Made by a program: the position numbers and the translations under genes. A stretch of DNA of 64,000 bases from Pseudomonadota bacterium (GTDB taxonomy: Bacteria > Myxococcota > JACRCW01 > JAFGSX01): positions 64,001 to 128,000 of the forward strand of contig JBDRCO010000052.1 in NCBI GenBank assembly GCA_043821645.1, in the 5' to 3' direction. Shown here piece after piece: positions 36,387 through 45,687 of this stretch. The notes beneath the pieces were generated by a model. The model was given only the letters and a program-made list of their open reading frames with translations, was not told the DNA's origin and searched no databases. Within the stretch, counting starts at the first letter, position 1. The number at the start of each line of letters is the position of its first letter.

Positions 36387-37427
36387 GTGCCATTCGAGCG
36401 CGAGATCGTGGGTGAGGCTCTTCCCGACGAGGCGGCCATTGACCTGTCGCTCAGGCCGCGGCGCTTCGAGGACTTCGTCGGACAGGATAAGGTCAAGGAT
36501 AACCTGCGGGTCTTCGTGGAGGCGGCACGGCGGCGCGAAGAGCCCGTGGACCATTTGCTGTTCTGCGGGCCACCCGGACTGGGCAAGACCTCGCTGGCGC
36601 ACATCGTCGCCAATGAGATGGGCACCGGCATTCACGTGACCTCGGGCCCGGCCCTCGAGCGCAAGGGCGATCTCGCCGGCATCCTGACCAACCTGGGGCC
36701 GGGTGAAGTCCTCTTCATCGACGAGATCCACCGCCTCAACCCGGCCATCGAGGAGATCCTCTATCCGGCGATGGAGGACTACCGCATCGACCTCGTCTAC
36801 GGCGACGGACCCCATGCTCGGACCCTGACCATGGGGATACACCGCTTCACCTTGGTGGGTGCCACCACGCGCACCGGCCTGCTGTCGAGTCCGCTGCGCG
36901 ATCGCTTCGGCTTCGTGGCGCGCCTCGACTACTACGCGCCCGGCCACCTCTCGACCATCCTGGGCCGCAGCGCCGGCATCCTGGGGATTGCCATCGATGA
37001 CGGCGGCGCGACCGAGATCGCCCGCCGCTCTCGCGGTACCCCGCGCATCGCCAATCGACTGCTGCGTCGGGTGCGAGATTTTGCCGAGGTAGATGGCGAG
37101 GGGCTCATCGACGTCGCCAATGCCTGCAGTGCCCTCAACCGCCTCGACATCGACGCCATAGGCCTGGACGTGATGGATCGTCGCTTCCTGGGCGCCATCA
37201 TCGACAAGTTCGACGGTGGGCCCGTGGGTATCGACTCCCTCGCGGCATCCTGCGGCGAGGACGGGCACACCCTCGAAGAGGTCTACGAACCCTACCTGAT
37301 CCAGCAGGGTTTCGTGCAGCGCACGCCCCGGGGTCGCATCGCCACGCCTCATGCCTATGCGCACCTGGGCCGTCGTGGAAGCGCCGCCTCCCAGGGTCGG
37401 CTTTTCAAGGACCACGCTGACGACTGA
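36387..37427 (+). CDS. ruvB: Holliday junction branch migration helicase RuvB
   Basis: [73 protein letters not shown]. Confidence 0.97.
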   Translation: MPFEREIVGEALPDEAAIDLSLRPRRFEDFVGQDKVKDNLRVFVEAARRREEPVDHLLFCGPPGLGKTSLAHIVANEMGTGIHVTSGPALERKGDLAGILTNLGPGEVLFIDEIHRLNPAIEEILYPAMEDYRIDLVYGDGPHARTLTMGIHRFTLVGATTRTGLLSSPLRDRFGFVARLDYYAPGHLSTILGRSAGILGIAIDDGGATEIARRSRGTPRIANRLLRRVRDFAEVDGEGLIDVANACSALNRLDIDAIGLDVMDRRFLGAIIDKFDGGPVGIDSLAASCGEDGHTLEEVYEPYLIQQGFVQRTPRGRIATPHAYAHLGRRGSAASQGRLFKDHADD

Positions 37428-37456
37428 ATGACTTTGTATTGACGGGGAGATCGAAC

Positions 37457-38299
37457 ATGAACAGCAAGGTGGCCATCTTTGTCGACGGCAAGAATTTTTA
37501 TGAGGGATTGCGGGCCTCGGGAGTCCCGCGCAGCGTGGACTTCGCAGCGCTGGCTCGTTACGTCGTGAGTGCGGTCGGTGGCGGCGTTCTCACCGGCCTC
37601 CACTACTACACCGGACTCGAACCGCGAGCCGCGGAGCCTGTGACGGATGACGAGAAGCAGGGGGGCAGTCTCGAGGGATTTTTAGCCTACCTCGAGACCC
37701 AGCCTGGCTGCTTCGTGTACCGCTTTTCGCGCCGTCCACGCAGCGTGGTGTGCAGCGAGTGTGGTCACGTGCACAGCTACACCGAGGAGAAGGAGGTCGA
37801 CACCTCGCTGGTGGCGACCATGATACGGCAGGCCGCGGTGCAGGCCTTCGATGCCGCGGTTCTGTGCTCCGGCGATGCCGACCACACGCCAGCCCTCGAG
37901 GCCTTGCGCGACCTGGGCAAGCCAGCCTGGGTGGCCACCTTCTCCGGGCATGGCCTGGCTCGACGGTTGCGCCAGGCCGCCTACGGTCACATCGATTTGA
38001 CCCGCGCCCTGGGTGAGCGGGCGATCCCTGCCGCGGTTGACGACGATGACAACCTGGGCAACCGCATCGAGGACGAGACGCGCATCGACGTGGTGGGCGC
38101 GGTGAGAGAGGCCGAGGACTACTTCGGCGAGACGCGCTATGTCGGGTTCAGCATGTTCGTCAATGGTTGGCGGTCGGACAAGCTGCCGCGAGACCCCACC
38201 GAGCGACAGCGGCGTGTGCAGCTGGCCATCGACGAGGGCCTGCTCGAGGTCTACGACGCGGCCGACGGCCACAAGGCCCTGCGCGCGGCGCGGGAGTGA
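37457..38299 (+). CDS. NYN domain (PIN-like) protein with C-terminal extra domain
   Basis: IFVDGKNFY, EKEVDT, SGDADH.P, GK; CSECGH insert. Confidence 0.85.
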   Translation: MNSKVAIFVDGKNFYEGLRASGVPRSVDFAALARYVVSAVGGGVLTGLHYYTGLEPRAAEPVTDDEKQGGSLEGFLAYLETQPGCFVYRFSRRPRSVVCSECGHVHSYTEEKEVDTSLVATMIRQAAVQAFDAAVLCSGDADHTPALEALRDLGKPAWVATFSGHGLARRLRQAAYGHIDLTRALGERAIPAAVDDDDNLGNRIEDETRIDVVGAVREAEDYFGETRYVGFSMFVNGWRSDKLPRDPTERQRRVQLAIDEGLLEVYDAADGHKALRAARE

Positions 38300-39225
38300 G
38301 CGGGAGGAGACCAGCTCGAGCCTGGGTGCTGGTGGCGCTGGTCGGAGCCGCGGCGAGCTGTGGTGAATGCGCGCCGGTGGTCTTTTCCGGTGACGGGTCT
38401 GTGTTCGCGGATGCGCTGCACAGCGACGGGCGCGTGGTGGATGCACCGGGTCTGGAAGCTGCTGGGCGGGATCACGTCGCTGTCGATGTTGAAGCCCTGG
38501 ACAGGATGTCTGTCTCCGATGCCCTCGTGGCCGACCGCATCGACCGCGATCGTGAATCCGGAGAGCTGCCGGCGCAGGATGCTGTGGCCTCCCGTGATCT
38601 CGGGTCTGGCCCGGTCGACGGCGCCACCATGGATGGGCGCGCCGTTGATGCGAGCTTCTCCGACCGCACCCTCATCGACGGGAGCCTGGGCGAGGGCGGG
38701 CTCTCCGACGGGGCCAGGAGGGAGGGAGGCGGGGTTCCTGACACTGGACTGGCCACCGACGCGCTGGCGGGCCGCGACCTTGCACCGGGCAGCGACAGCG
38801 CAGCGACGACGGACAGCGCAGCGGCCATGGACAGCTCCGTGGCGGTGGACGGTGCCGTAGCGGTGGACAGTGGCACCGCGGTGGACAGCGGGAGCAACTG
38901 CCTGAGCTCATGCCAGAACTGGACCGAGTGCCCGGATCCCACCACCGGCTGTGACGAGGGCCCGGGGTGCTGCGTGCCGTGCGGGGGTCGGGGCCAACCC
39001 TGTTGCGTGGACTGGAACCAGGGTCTGTTCTACTGCGCCGATCCCGGCGACGTGTGTGGTGTCTCCATCGGTGTCAACGACAGGGTCACCTACTACTGCT
39101 GCGCCAACGCCGGCGATGGCTGCTGCCAGCAGGGGGGATGCTCGGGCAGCACCTGCTGCAAGTGCCCGCGCAACGGGCTCAATTTCTGTGTGCAACCGTC
39201 CTTTGGATGCGGCGGCTGCAACTAG
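38296..39225 (+). CDS. Exported/lipoprotein with Asp-rich linker and Cys-rich C-terminal domain
   Basis: GTGA-coupled start; AAASC lipobox candidate; xxxxDS repeats; densely Cys-rich C-terminus. Confidence 0.6.
   Translation: MSGRRPARAWVLVALVGAAASCGECAPVVFSGDGSVFADALHSDGRVVDAPGLEAAGRDHVAVDVEALDRMSVSDALVADRIDRDRESGELPAQDAVASRDLGSGPVDGATMDGRAVDASFSDRTLIDGSLGEGGLSDGARREGGGVPDTGLATDALAGRDLAPGSDSAATTDSAAAMDSSVAVDGAVAVDSGTAVDSGSNCLSSCQNWTECPDPTTGCDEGPGCCVPCGGRGQPCCVDWNQGLFYCADPGDVCGVSIGVNDRVTYYCCANAGDGCCQQGGCSGSTCCKCPRNGLNFCVQPSFGCGGCN
38790..38890 (+). repeat. Degenerate 18-nt coding tandem repeat (AATTDS/AAAMDS/SVAVDG/AVAVDS/GTAVDS)
   Basis: Recurrent (G)GAC(A/G)G core at 18-nt period. Confidence 0.55.
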
Positions 39226-39236
39226 GAGGCTGCGTC

Positions 39237-39914
39237 ATGCGCCTGATTCCTCTCGGAGTGGGGGATGCGTTCTCGACCCGCAGCTTCGCCACGGCCTTTG
39301 TCGTCGAGCACGGTGGAACGCGCCTGCTGGTGGACTGCCCGCAACCCATCTTCCGGATGCTGGCCGAGGCCACGGACCGGGGGCTCGGCGCCGACGACAT
39401 CGACCTGATCTTCGTCACCCACCTGCACCCGGACCATGCCTCGGGTCTCGAGCTTCTGGGCTGGGATCAGTGGGTGCGACAGTCGCGGCGCCTCACCGTC
39501 GTCGCCCACGCCGAGGTCGTGCGCGAGCTGCGGACCCAGGACTGGGCCAACAAGCTGTTGCACCTGGTGCCGGTTCCCGAGGCAAGCTCGGTGCAGCGGG
39601 GGCCCTTCGTGTTCAAGGTGCGCCGCACCCGGCACACGGTACCCACTGCTGCGCTGCTGCTGACTGCCGAGGGCCACAGCCTGGGCTACAGCTCGGACAC
39701 ACCCTTCGACGACGAGCTGTGCCGCTGGCTCGAGGGTGCAGATCTGGTGCTGCACGAGGCGGGCGAGGCCCCGGTGCACGCGTCGCTGGTGCAGCTGAGC
39801 CGCTTGCCCGCGTCGACGCTGCGCAAGCTGCGCCTGGTCCATCTGCCGGATCGCTACATCGAAGCCACGGCGCCCCTCGAGCAGCTCGCGGTGGGGCGCT
39901 GGTACGACATCTGA
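39237..39914 (+). CDS. MBL-fold metallo-hydrolase (RNase Z-like)
   Basis: LGVGDAFS, LLVDC, THLHPDH (HxHxDH), YSSDT, HEA, LVH. Confidence 0.85.
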   Translation: MRLIPLGVGDAFSTRSFATAFVVEHGGTRLLVDCPQPIFRMLAEATDRGLGADDIDLIFVTHLHPDHASGLELLGWDQWVRQSRRLTVVAHAEVVRELRTQDWANKLLHLVPVPEASSVQRGPFVFKVRRTRHTVPTAALLLTAEGHSLGYSSDTPFDDELCRWLEGADLVLHEAGEAPVHASLVQLSRLPASTLRKLRLVHLPDRYIEATAPLEQLAVGRWYDI

Positions 39915-39996
39915 ATCTGATCGCGCGGCCTTCGCATTCCCTCTCGACATTGCTAAGGTGCGGCCCCCGCGCCGTACCGCGGGTCCGGAGGCTCTG

Positions 39997-41772
39997 ATGA
40001 CAAACGCCCATGCCGTGTCCGCCAGTCCCGAGGAGCGCTCCCACCGCCTGAGCGAGGTGCGCGCGCGCATGCGCGATCTCGCCCTCGATGGCTACGTGGT
40101 GCGCGGGACGGACCGCTACCTCAACGAGTACGTGCCCACCGATCAGAGCCAGCGCGCCTGGCTGTCGGGTTTCACCGGCAGCATCGCGGACCTCTTCATC
40201 ACGGCCCACAAAGCCTTCATCTATGTCGACGGTCGCTACTACCTGCAGGCGGACAAGGAGACCGACCCCGCGCTGTTCTCCGTCGTCAAGGTGCCCTTTG
40301 GCCAGGGCAACGAGCAGGTCATGTATGGCACCCTGGTCGCACAGGCTGCCGAGGGAGTGCGGCGCGTTGGCTTCGAGCCAGACCGCTTCTCGGTGTCCGA
40401 GCTGGCCTCGCTGCGCCGGGCCGTCGAGGCCGGTGGTGTCGAGCTGGTGCCGGTGGCGCCCTCGCTGGTCGAGCGCGTGCGCGGTCCAGTGGCGGTCAAG
40501 CCGGGCAAGGTGCGCGCCGTGGATGTGGCCATCACCGGCACCTCGGTCGACACCAAGCTGCACACCATCCGCACGGCCATGACCGAGCACAAGCTCGACG
40601 CTCTGGTGGTGACGGCGCTCGACGACATCGCGTACCTGAGCAACCTGCGCGGCTCCGAGATCGACTTCCAGGCCACCTTCAAGGGCGTGGCCGTGGTGAC
40701 CAGCGGTGACTTCGTGGTGGCGCTGTCGGATTTCGCGCGCCGTCGCGAGCTGCCGCAGGTCTCCTCGCCGCGCTTCGTCGACGAGGCCGCCTGGACGCAG
40801 GTCTTGCAGGGTGCGCGCCGGGTGGGCTTCGACGAGGGCAGCGCCACCGAGGCCGTGCGCCAGGCCATCGCGGGAACCGGGGCCGAGGCGGTAGCCGTGC
40901 ACAGCCCCATCAAGCCCATGAAGGCCAACAAGAACGAGGCCGAGCTCGCGCACCTGGTCGACGCGTACCGCCGGGCCGACAAGGTGATCTGGGCGGTTCA
41001 GGGCTGGCTGCACCGCCGTGTCGACAACGGAGAAAAAACCACCGAGGCAGACCTGGCGCACGAGGTCGAGCGTCGCTTCAAACGCTCGGGGGGCACGGGC
41101 CTGTCCTTCGAGGTCATCGCCGCCCAGGGAGCCAATGGCGCCATCATTCACTACTCGGATCCCGACGCCACGAAGCCCATCGCTCCCGGCACCATCGTGC
41201 TGCTCGACACCGGGACCTACTACGAGGGCGGCTATGCCACGGACCTGACCCGGACCTTCGTCGCGGGCAAGAAAAACGTGGCGCCGGGCGAGCGCCAGAA
41301 GATGCTGTTCACCCTCGTGCTCAAGGGTGCCATCGCCGGCATGCAGGTGCGATTCCCCGAGGGTACCAAGGGATTTCAGCTCGACGCCATGTGCCGACGC
41401 CCGCTGTGGCAGAACGGCCTGCAGTACCTCCACGGCACCGGACACGGTGTCGGCATCAACGTGCACGAGATGCCGCCGCGCGTCGCCGCTGTCGGATCCA
41501 TGGCCCTCGAGCCCGGTCAGGTGTTCAGCATCGAGCCCGGCATCTACCTCGAGGGTGAGATCGGTATCCGCATCGAGAACCTGGTTACCGTGGTCAAGGA
41601 CCCCGAGGTCCCGGGCTTCCTGCGCGTGGTACCCATCACCTTCTCGCCCCTGGACAAGCGGCTGATCGATACCAAGCTGCTGACCCGCGAGGAGAAGGCC
41701 TTCGTGAAATGGTTCGAAGCGCAGTGGAAAAAACCGGCCCAGGGCCTGCCCGAGCTGCCACCGCTCGCCTGA
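39997..41772 (+). CDS. Xaa-Pro aminopeptidase (aminopeptidase P, M24B)
   Basis: D.YLNEY, LSGFTGS, VDGRY, GAIIHY, DTGTYY...TDLTRT, HGTGHGVG..VHE, IEPGIY, GIRIEN. Confidence 0.93.
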   Translation: MTNAHAVSASPEERSHRLSEVRARMRDLALDGYVVRGTDRYLNEYVPTDQSQRAWLSGFTGSIADLFITAHKAFIYVDGRYYLQADKETDPALFSVVKVPFGQGNEQVMYGTLVAQAAEGVRRVGFEPDRFSVSELASLRRAVEAGGVELVPVAPSLVERVRGPVAVKPGKVRAVDVAITGTSVDTKLHTIRTAMTEHKLDALVVTALDDIAYLSNLRGSEIDFQATFKGVAVVTSGDFVVALSDFARRRELPQVSSPRFVDEAAWTQVLQGARRVGFDEGSATEAVRQAIAGTGAEAVAVHSPIKPMKANKNEAELAHLVDAYRRADKVIWAVQGWLHRRVDNGEKTTEADLAHEVERRFKRSGGTGLSFEVIAAQGANGAIIHYSDPDATKPIAPGTIVLLDTGTYYEGGYATDLTRTFVAGKKNVAPGERQKMLFTLVLKGAIAGMQVRFPEGTKGFQLDAMCRRPLWQNGLQYLHGTGHGVGINVHEMPPRVAAVGSMALEPGQVFSIEPGIYLEGEIGIRIENLVTVVKDPEVPGFLRVVPITFSPLDKRLIDTKLLTREEKAFVKWFEAQWKKPAQGLPELPPLA

Positions 41773-41952
41773 TCTCCCCCCCGTTTCCAGATCCTGTCCT
41801 CTCACCACCACCTCGTCGCCCTGCGAGAGCGCTGCCCTCGACCCGAACTCGACTTCGGTGATAGGTATTACGTCTTTGCAGCTGCGGGATCAGGGGGGGG
41901 TCACGACCTTGCCAGGTGGATCGCTGCGGCCGCGCCACACGAGGGGACATCC

Positions 41953-43629
41953 ATGTCAGAACGTCAGACCCTGCTCGAGTACGCTTACCACTGGGAGAAG
42001 ACCACGCCGCAGCAGGTGTACCTGACCCAGCCGCTGGGGGGCAGCGCCAGCAACGTGCGGGACTATACCTGGGCGCAGGTCATGGACCAGGCGCGGCGCA
42101 TGGCGAGCTACCTCAAGGGTCTCGGGTTGCCCGCGGCCAGCCACATCGCCATCTGCAGCAAGAACTGCGCGCACTGGGTCATGGCCGATCTGGCGATCTG
42201 GATGGCCGGCCACGTCACCATCCCCGTGTACCCGATCCTGACCGAGGACACCACGCGCCACATCCTGTCGCACTCCGAGGCCAAGCTGCTGTTCGTGGGC
42301 AAGCTCGACCCGGTGTGGGACCAGCAGATGAAGGCCGGTGTGCCCGAGGGCGTGCGCCAGGTCGCCTTCCCGCTGGCACCCAAGAGTGACCTCGACACGT
42401 GGGACGCTATCGTGGCCGGGCAGCAGCCGCTCAAGGATCCTGTCGCGCGCAGCGCCGACGAGACCGCCACCATCATCTACACCTCGGGCAGCACCGGCGT
42501 GCCCAAGGGCGCCATGATCACGTTCGGCGGCATGCTCAAGTGCTGCTTTGGCATCGACCGGGTCATCCACGTGCACCCCGGTGACCGCTACCTGAGCTAC
42601 CTCCCCGTGGCCCATGCCATGGAGCGCTGGATCGGCGAATGCATGACCATCTACGGCGGCTACCACGTCTTCTACGCCAACAGCCTGGACAGCTTTGTGC
42701 AGGACCTGCAGCGCGCGCGGCCGACGCTCTTCTTGTCGGTGCCGCGGCTGTGGCTCAAGTTCCAGCGCGGCGTGTTCGAGAAGATGCCGCCCGCAAGGCT
42801 CGACCTGCTGCTGCGCATCCCCGTGCTCTCCGGCATCGTGCGCAAGAAAATCCTGGGCAAGCTGGGGCTGGATCAGGTGCGCTTCGCCGGCTCCGGTTCG
42901 GCGCCCATCCCCAAGGAGATCATCAGCTGGTACCGGCGCCTGGGCCTCGAGCTGCTCGAGGGCTACGGCATGACCGAGAACTTCAACTACTCGCATTTGA
43001 CCAAGCCTGGCCAGGTGCGCGCAGGCTTCATCGGAACGCCCTATCACGATGTGGACTGCCGCCTGGCCGAGGACGGAGAGGTGCAGATGAAGGGGCCGGG
43101 CCTCATGACCGGCTACTACAAGCTGCCCGAGGAGACCCGCGAGACCTTCACCGAGGACGGCTACCTGCGCACCGGCGACCGCGGCGAGCTCGACGAGATA
43201 GGCCGCCTCAAGATCACGGGCCGCACCAAGGAGATCTTCAAGACCAGCAAGGGCAAGTACGTGGCCCCCGCGCCCCTCGAGAACAAGCTGGTCAACCATC
43301 CCTACGCCGAGATGTGCTGCGTCAGTGGGTCCGGGTTCCCGCAGCCCCATGCCGTGTTCATGCTCTCGGATATCGGGCGCAATGCCGTGCGTGACACCAG
43401 TCGCGAGCAGGTGGCCGGTGAACTCAAGACGCACGTGGACAAGCTCAACGCCGGTCTCGACCCCCACGAGCGCCTGCAGTTCGTGGCCGTGGTCAGGGAT
43501 AGCTGGATGCCAGAGAATGGCTTCTTGACCCCCACCATGAAGATCCGCCGTGCCTTTGTCGAGGATGCCTACAAGCCCTATAACGAGAAGTGGTATGCCC
43601 AGAAGGACCTCATCGTCTGGCACGACTGA
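41953..43629 (+). CDS. Long-chain acyl-CoA synthetase (AMP-binding)
   Basis: IIYTSGSTGVPKG, SYLPVAH, EGYGMTE, RTGD, ITGRTKEIFKTSKGKYVAP, LTPTMK. Confidence 0.92.
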   Translation: MSERQTLLEYAYHWEKTTPQQVYLTQPLGGSASNVRDYTWAQVMDQARRMASYLKGLGLPAASHIAICSKNCAHWVMADLAIWMAGHVTIPVYPILTEDTTRHILSHSEAKLLFVGKLDPVWDQQMKAGVPEGVRQVAFPLAPKSDLDTWDAIVAGQQPLKDPVARSADETATIIYTSGSTGVPKGAMITFGGMLKCCFGIDRVIHVHPGDRYLSYLPVAHAMERWIGECMTIYGGYHVFYANSLDSFVQDLQRARPTLFLSVPRLWLKFQRGVFEKMPPARLDLLLRIPVLSGIVRKKILGKLGLDQVRFAGSGSAPIPKEIISWYRRLGLELLEGYGMTENFNYSHLTKPGQVRAGFIGTPYHDVDCRLAEDGEVQMKGPGLMTGYYKLPEETRETFTEDGYLRTGDRGELDEIGRLKITGRTKEIFKTSKGKYVAPAPLENKLVNHPYAEMCCVSGSGFPQPHAVFMLSDIGRNAVRDTSREQVAGELKTHVDKLNAGLDPHERLQFVAVVRDSWMPENGFLTPTMKIRRAFVEDAYKPYNEKWYAQKDLIVWHD

Positions 43630-43780
43630 GCTTCGCCTGCTCGTCCATCCAGGGCTTGCGACGCCGCCCAGCACAGGCACGCAGACAGCTTCCCGCGCCA
43701 CAGGCATACTGTCTGTTTGCTGACAATGGCGCTGGGTGTTTACTTAAATACTTAATATTAACGAACGACTAGCCAACTAG

Positions 43781-43794
43781 ACTGACGTGTCAGT
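43781..43794. promoter_or_regulatory. Inverted repeat ACTGAC-GT-GTCAGT, candidate TetR operator within an AT-rich promoter region
   Basis: Perfect 6-bp arms about 60 nt upstream of the operon that ends in a TetR gene; AT-rich patch at 43739-43765. Confidence 0.5.
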
Positions 43795-43857
43795 TTTGCT
43801 TGCCTGCAGGGCCTGGCTGCTGCTACTGATCCCCTCATTCGATTCGCGGGGAGTGTC

Positions 43858-45687
43858 ATGACAAGTAGTACGCAGCAGTACCGGCTCAAGCCGGAGCGGC
43901 CTTTTGTTCGCAGCGAGCGCGAGAGTGTGACCGTGCTCTCGGGAGGTCTCACCCTGGCCCACGAGCGCCTGGTGCAGGCGGGGCTGCGCGCCCTTGGCTA
44001 CCACAGCACCATGCTGCCCAACCCCGACCTCGAAAGTTATGGGCTGGGCCGCGAACACTGCTCCAACGGGCTGTGCAACCCCTCCTACTTCACCATAGGC
44101 AATCTGCTGAAGTATCTGCGGCAGGTGCAGGCCGAGCAGGGGCTGAGCGCACAGCAGGTCTGCGATCGCTACGTGATGTACACGGCCGGATCCTACGGTC
44201 CCTGCCGCTTCGGCATGTACGAAAGCGAGTATCGCCTGGCCTTAGAGAGTGCGGGCTTCAAGGACTTCAGGGTGGTCGTGTTCCAGCAGTCGAGTGGCCT
44301 GGTGCAATCGCACTCGGACACTGGCCTGGACCTCGACGCGCTGTTCTTCATGGTGCACATCAAGGCCTTCTTGCTGGGCGATGTGGTCAACGAGCTGTAC
44401 CACGCGATCAAACCCTACGAGCTGGAGCCTGGCGCCGCGGACCGCGCCCGAGTGCGCGCCCTCGACGAGCTGGAGTCCGCCATGGCGGCTCCCCCGACCT
44501 CGCGCAGCCGCGCCCTGGTCGAGCAGCTGCTGGGCCTGCCGCTGGCGCAGGGCGAGCGCGCGAGTCACCTGCTGCGCTGGGCCCAGGCCCTGATCCTGGT
44601 CGCCGAGCAGGTCCGTGGCGACGAGCCGGCAGCAACCCTGCAGCGCGCGGCGCGGCACTTCGATCAGGTGCAGTGTGATCGTTTGCGGGTCAAGCCCGTG
44701 GTCAAGATCACCGGTGAGTTCTGGGCCCAGACCACCGAGTCTGACGGCAACTTCAACATGCTGCGCGTGCTCGAGGAGAGTGGCGCCGAGGTCATCGCCG
44801 AGCCCATCGGTACCTGGATGGACTACCTGCTCAACCTGGGCCGCGAGCGCCTGCGCGGGCACGACGCGGTGCCCTCGCCGACCGCCCGAGGCCGCCTGCA
44901 GCGCGCCCTGTCGTCGGGGTTCAGCCGGGCGCGCGTGCCCCTGCAGCGGGGGCTGTTGCGCGCCGTGTCTCGCCTGGTCGAGCGCGAGTACGACCGGCTG
45001 TGCCACGCCACCAACGATGTGGTGATGCCCCTGGTCGACCAGGACGAGCTCATGGAGCTGTCGCGGCCGTTCTACGACCCGCGGCTGTACGGTGGCGAGG
45101 GTCACCTCGAGGTGGGCAAGACCATCCACTACAGCCAGGATCGGATGGCCCACATGGTGATGTCGCTCAAGCCCTTTGGCTGCATGCCGTCGACCCAGTC
45201 CGACGGTGCGCAACCCGCGGTGCTGGCGGCCTACCCCGACATCCTCTTCCTGCCCGTCGAGACCTCGTCGGATGGCGAGGGACCCGCGCTGTCGCGCGTG
45301 CAGATGATGCTCGCCGAGGCCCGCGCCCGTGCCCGCATCGAGTGGCAGCAGCTGCTCGAGGCCCAGGGTGTCGACGAGGAAGTGCTGCGCGCCTACGTCG
45401 ACCAGCACCCGGAGTTGCGGCGCGGTCTGTGGCCCCTGGACAGACACCATGGCCCGGCCACCACCGCGGTGCGCTTCGCCGGGGTGGTGCTCAAGCGGAT
45501 GCGGGCCGAGGGCTGGACCGCGGATGCCCCGCGCGGGTCTGAGGATCCTGTCGAGGATCTGTCGACGCGGGCGCGGGGCGTGCCGAACGCCCCTGTAAAA
45601 GGTGCTGCCCGGGTGAAGCCGGTCGAGACTCCGTCTCGGCTGGCGAGGGGCGTGCCGAACGCCCCTGTGGAAGGCGGTGCCGCATGA
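43858..45687 (+). CDS. 2-hydroxyacyl-CoA dehydratase/reductase-like partner of CoA activase (PlsR-like)
   Basis: GLCNPSYFTIG, GPCRFGMY, KITGEFW, GGEGHLEVG, KPFGCMPS. Confidence 0.75.
   Translation: MTSSTQQYRLKPERPFVRSERESVTVLSGGLTLAHERLVQAGLRALGYHSTMLPNPDLESYGLGREHCSNGLCNPSYFTIGNLLKYLRQVQAEQGLSAQQVCDRYVMYTAGSYGPCRFGMYESEYRLALESAGFKDFRVVVFQQSSGLVQSHSDTGLDLDALFFMVHIKAFLLGDVVNELYHAIKPYELEPGAADRARVRALDELESAMAAPPTSRSRALVEQLLGLPLAQGERASHLLRWAQALILVAEQVRGDEPAATLQRAARHFDQVQCDRLRVKPVVKITGEFWAQTTESDGNFNMLRVLEESGAEVIAEPIGTWMDYLLNLGRERLRGHDAVPSPTARGRLQRALSSGFSRARVPLQRGLLRAVSRLVEREYDRLCHATNDVVMPLVDQDELMELSRPFYDPRLYGGEGHLEVGKTIHYSQDRMAHMVMSLKPFGCMPSTQSDGAQPAVLAAYPDILFLPVETSSDGEGPALSRVQMMLAEARARARIEWQQLLEAQGVDEEVLRAYVDQHPELRRGLWPLDRHHGPATTAVRFAGVVLKRMRAEGWTADAPRGSEDPVEDLSTRARGVPNAPVKGAARVKPVETPSRLARGVPNAPVEGGAA
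45575..45668. repeat. Two direct copies (72-nt period) of a palindromic 22-mer GGGGCGTGCCGAACGCCCCTGT inside a CDS tail
   Basis: Copies start at 45575 and 45647; stem GGGGCGT/ACGCCCC; each encodes RGVPNAPV. Confidence 0.8.

Noticed and set aside
45575-45668. Mini CRISPR array
   Set aside because: Only two 22-nt copies, in frame within a CDS, with no cas genes or leader.
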